Positions 18,957 through 30,642 are shown, counted from the stretch's first letter. The stretch: 64,000 nt of DNA from Xanthobacteraceae bacterium (GCA_019750915.1 JAIENY010000027.1:584-64583), one strand, 5' to 3'. The notes: generated by a model from the letters alone, not told the origin. Numbers and translations: made by a program.

Positions 18957-19712
18957 ATGCTCATCGGTCATCAACCCAAGGATTTTCTGCTCTCTGTGGA
19001 AGGGCTCACGGTTTCGTTCGACGGCTTCAAGGCGGTGAACGATCTGTCGTTGTACGTCGATGAAAATGAAATTCGCGTCATCATCGGTCCGAACGGTGCT
19101 GGCAAGACCACGGTGCTTGATCTGATCTGCGGAAAAACCAAGGCGACCTCCGGATCCATCCAGTTCCGCGGTCAAGAGTTGACCAAGATGAAAGAGAACG
19201 AGATCGTGAAGGCCGGAGTCGGCCGCAAGTTTCAGACGCCGTCGATCTACGACGATCTCACCGTCTTTGAAAATCTCGAGATTTCCTACCCCAAGGGGCG
19301 TTCGGTCTTCGGTGCGCTGACATTCAAGCGCGATGCCACGGTTCGCGATCGTGTGGAGGAAGTCGCCGAGCTGATCTTCCTGAAGGACAGGCTCGATATG
19401 CCGGCAGAGTTGCTGAGCCACGGACAGAAACAGTGGCTGGAAATCGGCATGCTGCTGATTCAGGACCCCGACCTGTTGATGCTGGACGAACCGGTCGCGG
19501 GTATGAGCGTGAGTGAACGGGTCAAGACCGCTGAATTGCTGAACCGCATCATCAAGGATCGTTCTGTGCTCGTCATCGAGCATGACATGAAGTTTGTCGA
19601 GGATATCGCACACAAGGTCACGGTGCTTCATCAGGGCAAGATTCTCTCCGAGGGCTCGATGGATACCGTGCAAAAAGATCCGAGGGTCATCGAGGTTTAC
19701 CTCGGTCATTAA
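18957..19712 (+). CDS. urtD: Urea ABC transporter ATP-binding protein
   Basis: GPNGAGKT, GRKFQTP, LSHGQKQWLEIGM, LDEPVAGM. Confidence 0.95.
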   Translation: MLIGHQPKDFLLSVEGLTVSFDGFKAVNDLSLYVDENEIRVIIGPNGAGKTTVLDLICGKTKATSGSIQFRGQELTKMKENEIVKAGVGRKFQTPSIYDDLTVFENLEISYPKGRSVFGALTFKRDATVRDRVEEVAELIFLKDRLDMPAELLSHGQKQWLEIGMLLIQDPDLLMLDEPVAGMSVSERVKTAELLNRIIKDRSVLVIEHDMKFVEDIAHKVTVLHQGKILSEGSMDTVQKDPRVIEVYLGH

Positions 19713-19738
19713 GCCGCTCTTCAATCAAGGAACATCCG

Positions 19739-20428
19739 ATGCTTGCGATCTCCGACCTTCATGTGGCTTACGGACAAAGCGAGGTTCTTCACGGCCTGAA
19801 CGTCTCGGTTCAGCCGAATGAAATCGTTGCGATCATGGGCCGCAACGGCATGGGCAAGACCACGCTGATGAAATCCTTGATGGGCATCGTGCCGACCAAG
19901 AGCGGTTCGGTGGCGATGGACGGCACCGATCTGACCAAGCTCAAAAGCTATGAACGCGTCGCCAAGGGTATCGCTTATGTTCCGCAAGGCCGCATGATTT
20001 TTTCGACGATGACGGTCAAGGAAAACATCGAGACCGGCCTCGTGTCGCATGGCGCGAAGGATGTGCCGGGCGACATCTACGAGTTATTCCCGGTTTTGCT
20101 TGAAATGAAAGACCGTCGCGGTGGCAACCTGTCGGGCGGCCAGCAGCAGCAGCTTGCGATCGCGCGGGCGCTGGCGACCAAGCCGAAGGTGCTCCTGCTC
20201 GACGAGCCGACCGAAGGCATTCAGCCATCCATCATCCGCGAAATGGCCCGCACCCTGAAGAAAATTCGTGATGAGCGCGGGCTGTCCATCGTGGTGTCGG
20301 AACAGGTTTTGAGTTTCGCGCTGGACGTGGCCGACCGCGTGCTGGTGATCGAAAACGGCGAGATCGTGCGCGACGAAAAGCGCGATGGAATCGATGCGAG
20401 CCAGATCGCGAAGTATCTATCTGTGTAA
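19739..20428 (+). CDS. urtE: Urea ABC transporter ATP-binding protein
   Basis: GRNGMGKT, LSGGQQQQLAIARAL, LDEPTEGIQPSI. Confidence 0.95.
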   Translation: MLAISDLHVAYGQSEVLHGLNVSVQPNEIVAIMGRNGMGKTTLMKSLMGIVPTKSGSVAMDGTDLTKLKSYERVAKGIAYVPQGRMIFSTMTVKENIETGLVSHGAKDVPGDIYELFPVLLEMKDRRGGNLSGGQQQQLAIARALATKPKVLLLDEPTEGIQPSIIREMARTLKKIRDERGLSIVVSEQVLSFALDVADRVLVIENGEIVRDEKRDGIDASQIAKYLSV

Positions 20429-20464
20429 CCGAGTGAGTTCTGGTGTAACCGAAGGGGAGCAAGA

Positions 20465-21694
20465 ATGCCTGAGACACTTGTAAAAGTGGACCTGACCAAA
20501 TCGGCCTACGACAACGAGAAGATTCACAATCGCTGGCACCCGGATGTTCCGATCATCCAATGGGTCAATCCCGGCGACGATTTCATTCTTGAGACGTATG
20601 ACTGGACAGGCGGGTTTATCAAGAACAACGATTCCGCTGACGACGTTCGTGACATAGACCTCTCTACCGTTCACTTCCTGTCCGGACCGATCGGCGTCAA
20701 GGGCGCCGAGCCTGGCGATCTGCTGGTCGTCGATCTTCTCGATATCGGACCTCTGAAAGAGAGCCTGTGGGGCTTCAACGGCTTCTTCTCGAAAACCAAC
20801 GGCGGCGGGTTCTTGACCGAACACTTCCCGAGCGCGCAGAAGTCGATCTGGGACATCAACGGCCTTTTCACATCGTCCCGCCATGTCCCAGGCGTGAACT
20901 TTGCCGGGTTGATTCATCCCGGCCTGATCGGCTGCTTGCCCGATCCCAAGATGCTGGCGACCTGGAACGAGCGTGAAACCGGCTTGATCGCCACCAATCC
21001 AACGCGTGTTCCGCCCCTCGCAAATCCACCGTTCGCCAAGACGGCACATGCTGGCAAGGCAACAGGAGCCGTGAAGGAGAAGATCGCTGCGGAGGGTGCC
21101 CGCACCGTGCCGCCGCGCGAGCATGGCGGCAATTGCGATATCAAGGATTTGTCGCGCGGCTCGAAGATCTACTTCCCGGTCTATGTGCCGGGTGCGGGCC
21201 TTTCGATGGGCGATCTTCACTTCAGCCAGGGCGATGGTGAAATCACCTTCTGCGGCGCGATCGAAATGGCGGGCTGGACCCACCTCAAGGTCGATCTCAT
21301 CAAAGGCGGAGTGGCGAAATACGGCATCAAGAATCCGATTTTCCGTCCGTCGCCGATCACGCCGAACTACAAGGACTACCTGATCTTCGAGGGTATCTCG
21401 GTCGACGAGAGTGGCAAGCAGCACTATCTCGACGTCCACATCGCGTATCGTCAGGCTTGCCTGAACGCGATCGAGTATCTGAAGAAGTTCGGTTACTCCG
21501 GGGCGCAAGCCTATTCGATCCTCGGCACGGCACCGTGTCAGGGGCACATTTCGGGCGTGGTCGATATCCCCAACGCCTGTGCGACGCTGTATCTGCCCAC
21601 GGAAATCTTTGATTTCGACATCATGCCGTCGGCGGCGGGTCCAATCAAACATATCAAGGGTGGCGTTGATATGCCGCTCTCGCCCGACAAGTAA
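20465..21694 (+). CDS. fmdA: Formamidase (acetamidase/formamidase family)
   Basis: HNRWHPD, PPREHGGNCDIKDL, GDLHFSQGDGEITFCGAIEMAG. Confidence 0.95.
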   Translation: MPETLVKVDLTKSAYDNEKIHNRWHPDVPIIQWVNPGDDFILETYDWTGGFIKNNDSADDVRDIDLSTVHFLSGPIGVKGAEPGDLLVVDLLDIGPLKESLWGFNGFFSKTNGGGFLTEHFPSAQKSIWDINGLFTSSRHVPGVNFAGLIHPGLIGCLPDPKMLATWNERETGLIATNPTRVPPLANPPFAKTAHAGKATGAVKEKIAAEGARTVPPREHGGNCDIKDLSRGSKIYFPVYVPGAGLSMGDLHFSQGDGEITFCGAIEMAGWTHLKVDLIKGGVAKYGIKNPIFRPSPITPNYKDYLIFEGISVDESGKQHYLDVHIAYRQACLNAIEYLKKFGYSGAQAYSILGTAPCQGHISGVVDIPNACATLYLPTEIFDFDIMPSAAGPIKHIKGGVDMPLSPDK

Positions 21695-21709
21695 TCCCTG
21701 CACGGGATG

Positions 21710-21748
21710 ATGTGGGAGCGGCACGTGTTCCTGCCGCTCCCACATTTT
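21710..21748 (+). terminator. Stem-loop / partial terminator between fmdA and fmdB
   Basis: Perfect 14-bp stem ATGTGGGAGCGGCA/TGCCGCTCCCACAT followed by TTT. Confidence 0.55.
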
Positions 21749-21778
21749 CGTATCGATGTCCTTTGAAGGTCGATTCCA

Positions 21779-22117
21779 ATGCCAGTTTATGAGTATCTCT
21801 GCGATTCCTGTGGTCCGTTCACGGATATGCGGCCGATGGCCGAATATGAAGACCCGCAGGATTGCCCGACCTGCGCGAGCGTGTCTCCGCGTGTTATCCT
21901 TACGGCCCCTCAATTTTCATGCATGCCCGCCAGTCAGCGCAAGGCCCATGCCACCAATGAGCGCAGCGCCAACGCGCCGAAGACGCTTGATGAATACAAG
22001 TCATCGCACGGCGCAAATTGCGGCTGCTGCTCGAGCAAGAAATCGCGTTTGGTGACCAAGACGCGCAGCGGCGCGAAGGGATTTCCCACGGCGCGGCCAT
22101 GGATGATCAGTCACTGA
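21779..22117 (+). CDS. fmdB: FmdB-family zinc-ribbon protein
   Basis: MPVYEYLCDSCG...CPTC, HGANCGCC, RPWMISH; directly after fmdA. Confidence 0.9.
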   Translation: MPVYEYLCDSCGPFTDMRPMAEYEDPQDCPTCASVSPRVILTAPQFSCMPASQRKAHATNERSANAPKTLDEYKSSHGANCGCCSSKKSRLVTKTRSGAKGFPTARPWMISH

Positions 22118-22210
22118 GCTGCTGCGAACGCAGAATAAAATAAGGACGTCCGCGCCATCAACGCGGAGAGTTCAAAGTCAAGGCGCACAGCCGGATGCCA
22201 GGAGAGCGAT

Positions 22211-23248
22211 ATGCTGCACGGTGATATTTCCTCGAGCAATGACACGGTCGGCGTCGCCGTCGTGAACTACAAGATGCCGCGCCTTCACACCAAGGCAGAG
22301 GTGCTGGCGAACGCAAAGAAGATTGCCGACATGCTGATCGGCATGAAAAAAGGTCTTCCGGGCATGGATCTCGTGATCTTTCCGGAATATTCGACACACG
22401 GCATCATGTACGACTCCAAGGAGATGTATGAGACGGCCTCCAGCGTGCCCGGCGAGGAAACCGAGATTTTTGCGGAAGCCTGCCGCCAAGCCAAGGTCTG
22501 GGGTGTATTCTCGCTCACCGGCGAGCGCCATGAGGAGCATCCGAACAAGGCGCCTTACAACACGCTGATCCTGATGAACGACAAGGGCGAGATCGTTCAG
22601 AAGTATCGCAAGATCATGCCGTGGGTGCCGATCGAAGGCTGGTATCCGGGCAATTGCACTTACGTTTCCGAAGGTCCGAAGGGCCTCAAGGTGTCGCTGA
22701 TCATCTGCGACGACGGAAACTATCCGGAAATCTGGCGCGATTGCGCGATGAAGGGCGCTGAACTGATCGTGCGCTGCCAGGGCTATATGTATCCAGCCAA
22801 GGATCAGCAGGTGCTGATGGCGAAGGCGATGGCATGGGCTAACAATGTCTACGTCGCGGTTGCAAACGCCTCGGGTTTCGACGGTGTCTATTCCTACTTC
22901 GGCCATTCGGCGATCATCGGTTTTGACGGCCGAACGCTCGGTGAATGCGGCGAGGAGGATTACGGCGTTCAATATGCCCAGTTGTCCAAGTCGCTGATTC
23001 GCGACATGCGCCGCAACGGCCAGTCGGAGAACCATCTCTTCAAGCTGGTCCACCGCGGCTATACCGGCATGATCAACTCCGGCGACGGCGACAAGGGTGT
23101 CGCTGCTTGCCCGTATGACTTCTACGGAAAGTGGATCGCGGACCCGGAGGGGACGCGAGAAATGGTCGAGGCCTTTACCAGGCCGACTGTCGGGACCGAC
23201 GAATGTCCGATCGAAGGCATTCCGAACCAGAAGACGACACATCGCTGA
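22211..23248 (+). CDS. amiE: Aliphatic amidase (nitrilase superfamily)
   Basis: [59 protein letters not shown] (Glu-Lys-Cys triad). Confidence 0.97.
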   Translation: MLHGDISSSNDTVGVAVVNYKMPRLHTKAEVLANAKKIADMLIGMKKGLPGMDLVIFPEYSTHGIMYDSKEMYETASSVPGEETEIFAEACRQAKVWGVFSLTGERHEEHPNKAPYNTLILMNDKGEIVQKYRKIMPWVPIEGWYPGNCTYVSEGPKGLKVSLIICDDGNYPEIWRDCAMKGAELIVRCQGYMYPAKDQQVLMAKAMAWANNVYVAVANASGFDGVYSYFGHSAIIGFDGRTLGECGEEDYGVQYAQLSKSLIRDMRRNGQSENHLFKLVHRGYTGMINSGDGDKGVAACPYDFYGKWIADPEGTREMVEAFTRPTVGTDECPIEGIPNQKTTHR

Positions 23249-23268
23249 TCGAAAAGGCTGAGCAGTTC

Positions 23269-23304
23269 AACCCGCGCCGCGATTGTTCGCAGCGCGGGTT
23301 TTTT
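23269..23304 (+). terminator. Intrinsic terminator after amiE, between convergent genes
   Basis: AACCCGCGC...GCGCGGGTT plus T tract. Confidence 0.8.
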
Positions 23305-23306
23305 CA

Positions 23307-25619
23307 TCAGTGCCGCGCCAAGCGGAAATACAATTCCGACAGCCGCTGCGGCAAATCCCCGACCCGATGCACCAGCATGGTATTGCCGCGTCCGAAAATA
23401 CGGGCTGCGGATGTCGCCGCTGCCTGTCCCAGCACAACGCCGAAAGCATCGATCCCCTTGCCGTGGAGCCCTGTCACGGCGCGTCTTGCATCCTCGACCA
23501 GATCAAGCGGGTCGGAGACGTCGATATCGGACGGCTCGCCGTCGGTGAGCACGATCACGAGTTTGCGCGCGCTGCGGGCGGCGCCGATGACGGTCCCGGC
23601 ATGGCGTAGCGCGGTGCCGAGCCGGGTCGATAGTCCTGATGTCAGCCCGGCAAGGCGGCTGAGACAGGCGCGGTCATAGGGCTCGTCGAACGATTTGATG
23701 TTGGTCGCTCGCACATCGTCCCGTCCGTCGGACGCGAATGCCAAGAGCCCGAACGGATCGCCGAGCGTGCTCATCGCCTCCGACAGCGCCGCGACGGCCA
23801 GCCGTTCGACATCGAGCACGGATGCCCCGGATTGCAGCCGGTCACGGGTGGATTCGGAAACGTCGATCAGCAGCAGCACCGAAAGGTCGCGATGCTTCGA
23901 GGTTGCGGAACGAAACACGCGCGGGTCCGGTGCAAGCCCCGAGCGTAGCGCAATGCCGGCATCGAGCATGGCGTCGATATCGAGGTCGTGTCCTTCGTGC
24001 TGGCGATTGAGGCGTACGGTCTTTCCGATCCGCACGCCGCGCACCAGCTTGGCGATCCGGGTGCGCAGGCTGTCGGCGTTCGCCAATGCGTCCTCGATCG
24101 TGCGAGGGTCGCCTCTGACTGCCGCGATTTCGCGCACCGTGGTCCAATCCGATCGCTCCACGGAATGAACCCAATCCCACTCGGGATAAGTGGCAACGGT
24201 TGTGCCGCGTTCGTCCTGCGCGACAGGGCGGGCGCGACCGATGGGTTTCTCGGTTTCCGCAGTTTCGCCCTGCGTTTGACCATGGTCGGTTTGCTGTTGC
24301 GTGATCCGCGCGGCGTCCGTTTGTAGCTCGATGGTTTCGTTTGAGGACGGTGCATTCTCGCCGAAGTCCCACAATCCAAGTCCATCGTCGCGATAAATCG
24401 GTTCGACCATGTAAGTCTTGGCGTTGAACTGCACGCGCATCTGGCCGAGATCGTTGCCCAGCAGCGTGCCGATCTCGCGGCTGATGGCATGATCGTGAAT
24501 ACGCGGTTGCGCCGCCGCGAACAGGTTGCGGCCTTTGGCGATGAAACCGTTGTCGTCCTCATAGGACGGATCGAACAGCGATCGCGCCAATCGCGCTAGC
24601 AGGGTGGGTGAATCAGCAATGCCGCCCGGCTTTGCCACATGAAACGGCGACCATAACCGCCGCAGGCCTGGCAACTGCCGGATCGCCAGCGTCTCGATCC
24701 GGGCATCTTCGATCAGGGTCACCAGCGCGACCTGCAACGGCTTCAGCTTGCCGACCGGGAAGCGCTCGCCGCCGAGAACGAGATGGGCCTGCGCGTGCGC
24801 GGCCGCCGCATGATAAAGCGCGCGAGCGGCCTCACCCTGAACACCACGATAAACTTCCGGCAACCGGATCAGAGGGCCCGCGATAGAGGTGCGCCGTTGA
24901 GTCTGGATGTTGCCGCTTTCCAATGCGCGCAGCATCGGCGGGCGGCCCCACAGCGCGGTGACGAAGGCTTTCACTTGAGGCTCAACATCGGTCAGTCCGG
25001 TCCCGGCGGCATCGCGCCGGAGCAGACGAAGTGCGAGGTCTTCCTGCAGCGAGAAGAACGACAGCCGCTTGGTCTTGTTGCCGGAGGCGAATTTGAGACC
25101 TGCCGCGACAAAATCTTCGAAGGCGTCGATCGTCCCGGGCCGCAGCACCTCCCTCATATGTGAGGCCAGCGTTTCAACCGATTCCGGGCCGCGATGCGCT
25201 AGGCTGCAGAGCACCTGCCACCATCGTGCCGATGCTGACGGCTCGAGGAGTTCGCGCGCGGCCGGTAGAGCCGAGAGGGCAGCCGTTGCTGCCTTTGCGC
25301 CGGCTTCGCGACAGATATCCGCCGCCGCGCGTGACGCATTCGTGAGGGTGATGATGTTCTCGCTTCTCGGCGCGGCGACGCTCGCATTCCAATAGGCGAT
25401 CAGGCAGGATGGACCGGCGTTTACATGTGCCAGCGTCAGAACTCCGTTGGCCCAGGCTTCCAGCTCCTCGCCATCGAAGCGATGGGACAGGGCATCCCAC
25501 GCGGAGCGGAACACCGGACGCAGCGCCTCGCGCCGACGCATCATCAGATGCAGGCGATGAGTGGCGCTCTCCGGCGAATCGGCAACGAGATGCAGCGCCG
25601 GTCCGGCCGTGGTGCTCAC
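23307..25619 (-). CDS. CbbO/NorD-family von Willebrand factor A adaptor
   Basis: About 770 aa; HAQAH..IEDARIE, YPEWD, MIDAS DVSES, STRLGTALRHA, LTDGEPSDID; GTG start overlaps the upstream TGA. Confidence 0.9.
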   Translation of the reverse strand: MSTTAGPALHLVADSPESATHRLHLMMRRREALRPVFRSAWDALSHRFDGEELEAWANGVLTLAHVNAGPSCLIAYWNASVAAPRSENIITLTNASRAAADICREAGAKAATAALSALPAARELLEPSASARWWQVLCSLAHRGPESVETLASHMREVLRPGTIDAFEDFVAAGLKFASGNKTKRLSFFSLQEDLALRLLRRDAAGTGLTDVEPQVKAFVTALWGRPPMLRALESGNIQTQRRTSIAGPLIRLPEVYRGVQGEAARALYHAAAAHAQAHLVLGGERFPVGKLKPLQVALVTLIEDARIETLAIRQLPGLRRLWSPFHVAKPGGIADSPTLLARLARSLFDPSYEDDNGFIAKGRNLFAAAQPRIHDHAISREIGTLLGNDLGQMRVQFNAKTYMVEPIYRDDGLGLWDFGENAPSSNETIELQTDAARITQQQTDHGQTQGETAETEKPIGRARPVAQDERGTTVATYPEWDWVHSVERSDWTTVREIAAVRGDPRTIEDALANADSLRTRIAKLVRGVRIGKTVRLNRQHEGHDLDIDAMLDAGIALRSGLAPDPRVFRSATSKHRDLSVLLLIDVSESTRDRLQSGASVLDVERLAVAALSEAMSTLGDPFGLLAFASDGRDDVRATNIKSFDEPYDRACLSRLAGLTSGLSTRLGTALRHAGTVIGAARSARKLVIVLTDGEPSDIDVSDPLDLVEDARRAVTGLHGKGIDAFGVVLGQAAATSAARIFGRGNTMLVHRVGDLPQRLSELYFRLARH

Positions 25620-26416
25620 GGCAGGCAAGCCTCGATGGCCTCGCCAAGCGCTTCCCTAATGTCGGGATTGTCAGTAATGGGGAGCACGATGCTGGACTGC
25701 ACGGCGGTGGCAAGCGGCAGTCCCGCCCGCACCATGCGCCCCGCGTGAATGAGCATCCGGGTGGAGGCACCTTCGTCAAGGCCATGGCCCTGCAGGTTGC
25801 GTGAGCGTTCGGCGATCGCGACCAGCACATTTGCCATGTCGTTGTCGACTCCGCTTTCGCGGATAACGATGGCCGCTTCCGTCGCCGGCGGCGGATAATC
25901 GAAGTCGATGGCGATGAACCGCTGCTTGGTGGATTCCTTCAGATCCTTGACCGCGCTCTGGTAACCGGGATTGTAGGAGATCGTGAGCTGGAAATCGGGA
26001 TGCGCGGCGACAAGCTCGTTGTGTTTCTCCAGCGGCAGAATCCGGCGGGCGTCGGTTAGCGGATGGATCACTACCGTCGTGTCCTGCCGCGCTTCGACGA
26101 TTTCATCAAGATAGCAGATCGCGCCGTTACGGACCGCGACGGTGAGCGGCCCGTCGTGCCAGACGGTGCCGTTCGGCTCCAGCAGGTAGCGTCCGGCAAG
26201 GTCGGCGGCAGTCATGTCCTCATGAGCTGCGATGGTGATCAGCGGTTTTTTGAGTCGCCAGGCCATGTGTTCGACAAAACGGGTCTTGCCGCATCCGGTC
26301 GGACCTTTCAGCATGACCGGGAGGCGTTCCGCATAGGCCGCCGTGAAGATTGCGATCTCGTCACCGACAGGCTGGTAATAGGGTTCGACCGCGATCGAAT
26401 AGCCTTCCAGAGTCAT
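25616..26416 (-). CDS. CbbQ/NirQ/NorQ-family MoxR AAA+ ATPase
   Basis: GPTGCGKTRFVEHMAW, CYLDEIVEARQDT, SYNPGYQ..KDLKESTKQRF, STRMLIHAG; GGAG SD. Confidence 0.95.
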   Translation of the reverse strand: MTLEGYSIAVEPYYQPVGDEIAIFTAAYAERLPVMLKGPTGCGKTRFVEHMAWRLKKPLITIAAHEDMTAADLAGRYLLEPNGTVWHDGPLTVAVRNGAICYLDEIVEARQDTTVVIHPLTDARRILPLEKHNELVAAHPDFQLTISYNPGYQSAVKDLKESTKQRFIAIDFDYPPPATEAAIVIRESGVDNDMANVLVAIAERSRNLQGHGLDEGASTRMLIHAGRMVRAGLPLATAVQSSIVLPITDNPDIREALGEAIEACLP

Positions 26417-26522
26417 TGAGGCGCTCCGTGCTTGTCTGAAAATCCGGGCCATGCCGCAGCGGAGCAAAGGTACCAGATTTCGCGCATTTCTCGTCCTAAT
26501 TCCGGTCGCGAAAAAAGAATAC

Positions 26523-26537
26523 CGCGATTTTCCGTAT
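26523..26537. promoter_or_regulatory. Copy of the urtA upstream motif
   Basis: CGCGATTTTCCGTAT vs CGCGATCTTGCGTAT at 15387-15401 (13/15 identical). Confidence 0.5.
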
Positions 26538-26588
26538 GGCGGCCAGGGTCGACGGGCCTGCAAATCATGGCATGCGATATCGACCGCT

Positions 26589-26605
26589 TGCCCAAATAAT
26601 GGGCG
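26589..26605. promoter_or_regulatory. NtrC-like palindrome in the cbbQ-like/ureD divergent region
   Basis: TGCCC-AAATAAT-GGGCG, 17-bp near-palindrome. Confidence 0.5.
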
Positions 26606-26817
26606 GGTTCTGCCTGTGCGATAGAAGTCGCAGACTTATCGAAACATAAGTCAATCGAAAGAAAAGCTGCGGCAGGTTGCGGCTGGAGACACCGATATCC
26701 GCTACTGGGGCGTCGGTATGACGGTGTCTCTCGACTTCGTGCAGGAACTCAGCGACAATTCATGTGGAAGATTTGTCATGCCGTTGTGGAGTGCTTGAGG
26801 CGCGAATGCTTGGTTCA

Positions 26818-27642
26818 ATGACGGCTGACAGCTCCGATGTTTTTGCAGCGAACCGCGCGATGGGTGAGGTCGCGTTCGAGCTCCATAACGATAACGGCGT
26901 AACGCGCCGTGGCCAACTCCACGAAGCGGGCTCCCTGCGTGTGCGATTTCCTTCGTCCGATGTGGAAGGATTGTCCGCGGTCTTCATCAATACGGCAGGT
27001 GGTATCGCTGGCGGCGATCGTTTCGATATCGGCATCAAGCTCCGCAAGGATACAAAGCTCACGGTGACGACCGCTGCAGCAGAGAAAATCTACCGCTCGC
27101 ATGGCCCGGAGGCGCAGTTGAAAATTGCGCTCGATGTGGAGCAGGGAGCCTCGTTGGCGTGGCTGCCGCAGGAAACCATTCTGTTCGACAAGGCCGCGGT
27201 GACCCGTGAGATTGCGATCGACCTTCATGAGGATGCTTCGTTTCTGATGTGCGAGATGGTGGTGTTCGGCCGCACGGCGATGGGCGAGACGATGCGGCGC
27301 GGCATGTTTCTGGATAAGTGGCGGGTGCGCCGAGGCGGCAGGCTTGTGTTTGCCGAGAATGTCCGCCTCGACGGCGATCTCGATCGCGCCTTTGCTCATC
27401 GGGTGGTGACCGATGGTCAGGGTGCGATCGGCACGGTCCTGATCGCACCCGGCGACGAGACGCTGGTTGAGCATATTCGTGACGGCGTGGCATCCTTCAG
27501 GGGCGAAGTCGGCGTCTCGTGCTGGAATGGATTTGCAATGGTCCGCTTCTGCGCCCAAGATGCCGCTCAATTACGTATTGATGTCATGACGGTTCTGGGC
27601 AGAGTGCGCCCACAGAAACTGCCCCGGCTATGGCTGCAATAA
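26818..27642 (+). CDS. ureD: Urease accessory protein UreD
   Basis: INTAGGIAGGD, TTAAAEKIYRS, WLPQETILF, FGRTAMGE; start uncertain (26806 possible). Confidence 0.93.
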   Translation: MTADSSDVFAANRAMGEVAFELHNDNGVTRRGQLHEAGSLRVRFPSSDVEGLSAVFINTAGGIAGGDRFDIGIKLRKDTKLTVTTAAAEKIYRSHGPEAQLKIALDVEQGASLAWLPQETILFDKAAVTREIAIDLHEDASFLMCEMVVFGRTAMGETMRRGMFLDKWRVRRGGRLVFAENVRLDGDLDRAFAHRVVTDGQGAIGTVLIAPGDETLVEHIRDGVASFRGEVGVSCWNGFAMVRFCAQDAAQLRIDVMTVLGRVRPQKLPRLWLQ

Positions 27643-27664
27643 CCTGCGATAGAGACTGCTCCCC

Positions 27665-27967
27665 ATGAATCTGTCACCTCGCGAAAAGGACAAGCTGTTG
27701 ATCTCGATGGCGGCGATGGTCGCGCGCCGAAGGCTCGAGCGCGGCGTCAAGCTGAATCATCCCGAAGCGATTGCGATTATCTCCGATTTCATTGTCGAGG
27801 GCGCCCGCGACGGGCGGACCGTTGCCGAACTGATGAAGGCGGGCGCTGAAGTGTTGAGGCGCGACCAGGTGATGGATGGAATCCCTGAGATGATCCACGA
27901 TATCCAGGTCGAGGCAACATTCCCCGACGGGACCAAACTTGTCACCGTTCACGAACCAATCCGATGA
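27665..27967 (+). CDS. ureA: Urease gamma subunit
   Basis: [36 protein letters not shown]. Confidence 0.98.
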   Translation: MNLSPREKDKLLISMAAMVARRRLERGVKLNHPEAIAIISDFIVEGARDGRTVAELMKAGAEVLRRDQVMDGIPEMIHDIQVEATFPDGTKLVTVHEPIR

Positions 27968-27992
27968 TTGCGAACAAATGCGGAGCACTGCG

Positions 27993-28568
27993 ATGAAGAA
28001 ACTGTTGGCCTCCTTCCTGCTGCTGGTCCCGACGGCCGCTCTTGCACATCCAGGCCATGGAATTGAAACCGGATTGCTCGCGGGAGCAGCGCATCCCCTC
28101 TCGGGCCTCGATCACATCGCGGTCATGATTGCGGTGGGATTGTGGGCGGCGCTGAAAGGCGGTCGCGCGCTCTGGCTGTGGCCTGCGATGTTCATCGGCG
28201 TGATGCTCATTGGCGGGGCGCTCGGCATGGCGCATGTCGCAATCCCATTTGTTGAGCCGGGCATTCTGGCTTCCGTCGTCGTGCTCGGCCTGATGGTGGC
28301 GCTGGCGGTCGATCTTCCGCTCTGGCTCGGCGCGACGATGATCGGTGTGTTCGCGCTGTTTCACGGACATGCGCACGGCGCGGAAGTGCCCGAGAGTGCC
28401 GGTGGCATCGAATTCATGATCGGATTCGCGGTTTCGACCGCGGCCCTCCACCTCACCGGCATTTTGGCCGCGCTGTCGCTGCGTTCGGTGCGGCTGCAGC
28501 CGTTGATCCGTGTCGCTGGCGCGGCGTGTGTGGTTGTTGGCCTTGGGCTTTCTCTTAAGTTGATCTGA
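27993..28568 (+). CDS. ureJ: HupE/UreJ-family nickel transport accessory protein
   Basis: [22 protein letters not shown]. Confidence 0.9.
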   Translation: MKKLLASFLLLVPTAALAHPGHGIETGLLAGAAHPLSGLDHIAVMIAVGLWAALKGGRALWLWPAMFIGVMLIGGALGMAHVAIPFVEPGILASVVVLGLMVALAVDLPLWLGATMIGVFALFHGHAHGAEVPESAGGIEFMIGFAVSTAALHLTGILAALSLRSVRLQPLIRVAGAACVVVGLGLSLKLI

Positions 28569-28576
28569 GGCAGACC

Positions 28577-28882
28577 ATGATCCCCGGCGAATTGTTCATC
28601 AAGGACGGCGAGATCGAGTTGAATGCCGGTCGCAAGACGGTGTCGCTGACGGTGTCCAACACCGGGGATCGGCCGATCCAGGTTGGCTCGCATTATCATT
28701 TCTTCGAAACAAATCCGGCGTTGAAGTTTGATCGCAAAAAGGCACGCGGCATGCGGCTGGATATCGCTGCCGGCACCGCTGTGCGCTTCGAGCCTGGACA
28801 AAGCCGCGACGTGACGCTGGTTGCGCTCGCCGGCAAGAAGACGGTCTACGGTTTCCGTGGCGATGTAATGGGCAAGCTTTAA
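28577..28882 (+). CDS. ureB: Urease beta subunit
   Basis: [31 protein letters not shown]. Confidence 0.98.
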   Translation: MIPGELFIKDGEIELNAGRKTVSLTVSNTGDRPIQVGSHYHFFETNPALKFDRKKARGMRLDIAAGTAVRFEPGQSRDVTLVALAGKKTVYGFRGDVMGKL

Positions 28883-28902
28883 GGCGCGGGACAGAGCACT
28901 CC

Positions 28903-30618
<1,716 letters not shown>

Positions 30619-30642
30619 TCTGTTCCGCTGTTGCGAGGTCGT

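Noticed and set aside
22118-22210. AmiR/ANTAR antitermination leader before amiE
   Set aside because: I could not find a convincing twin-hairpin motif or terminator in the leader, and no amiC/amiR genes are present.
18216-23242. Long antisense ORFs (18216-19724, 20417-21913, 22178-23242) and similar ones opposite metH, ureC and pheA
   Set aside because: Shadow frames of GC-rich, codon-biased genes with no recognisable motifs.
23307-26416. Reading the QO pair as evidence of CO2 fixation or denitrification at this locus
   Set aside because: No cbbL/cbbS/cbbM or norCB/nirS gene is in the window; a client elsewhere in the genome cannot be excluded from this sequence alone.
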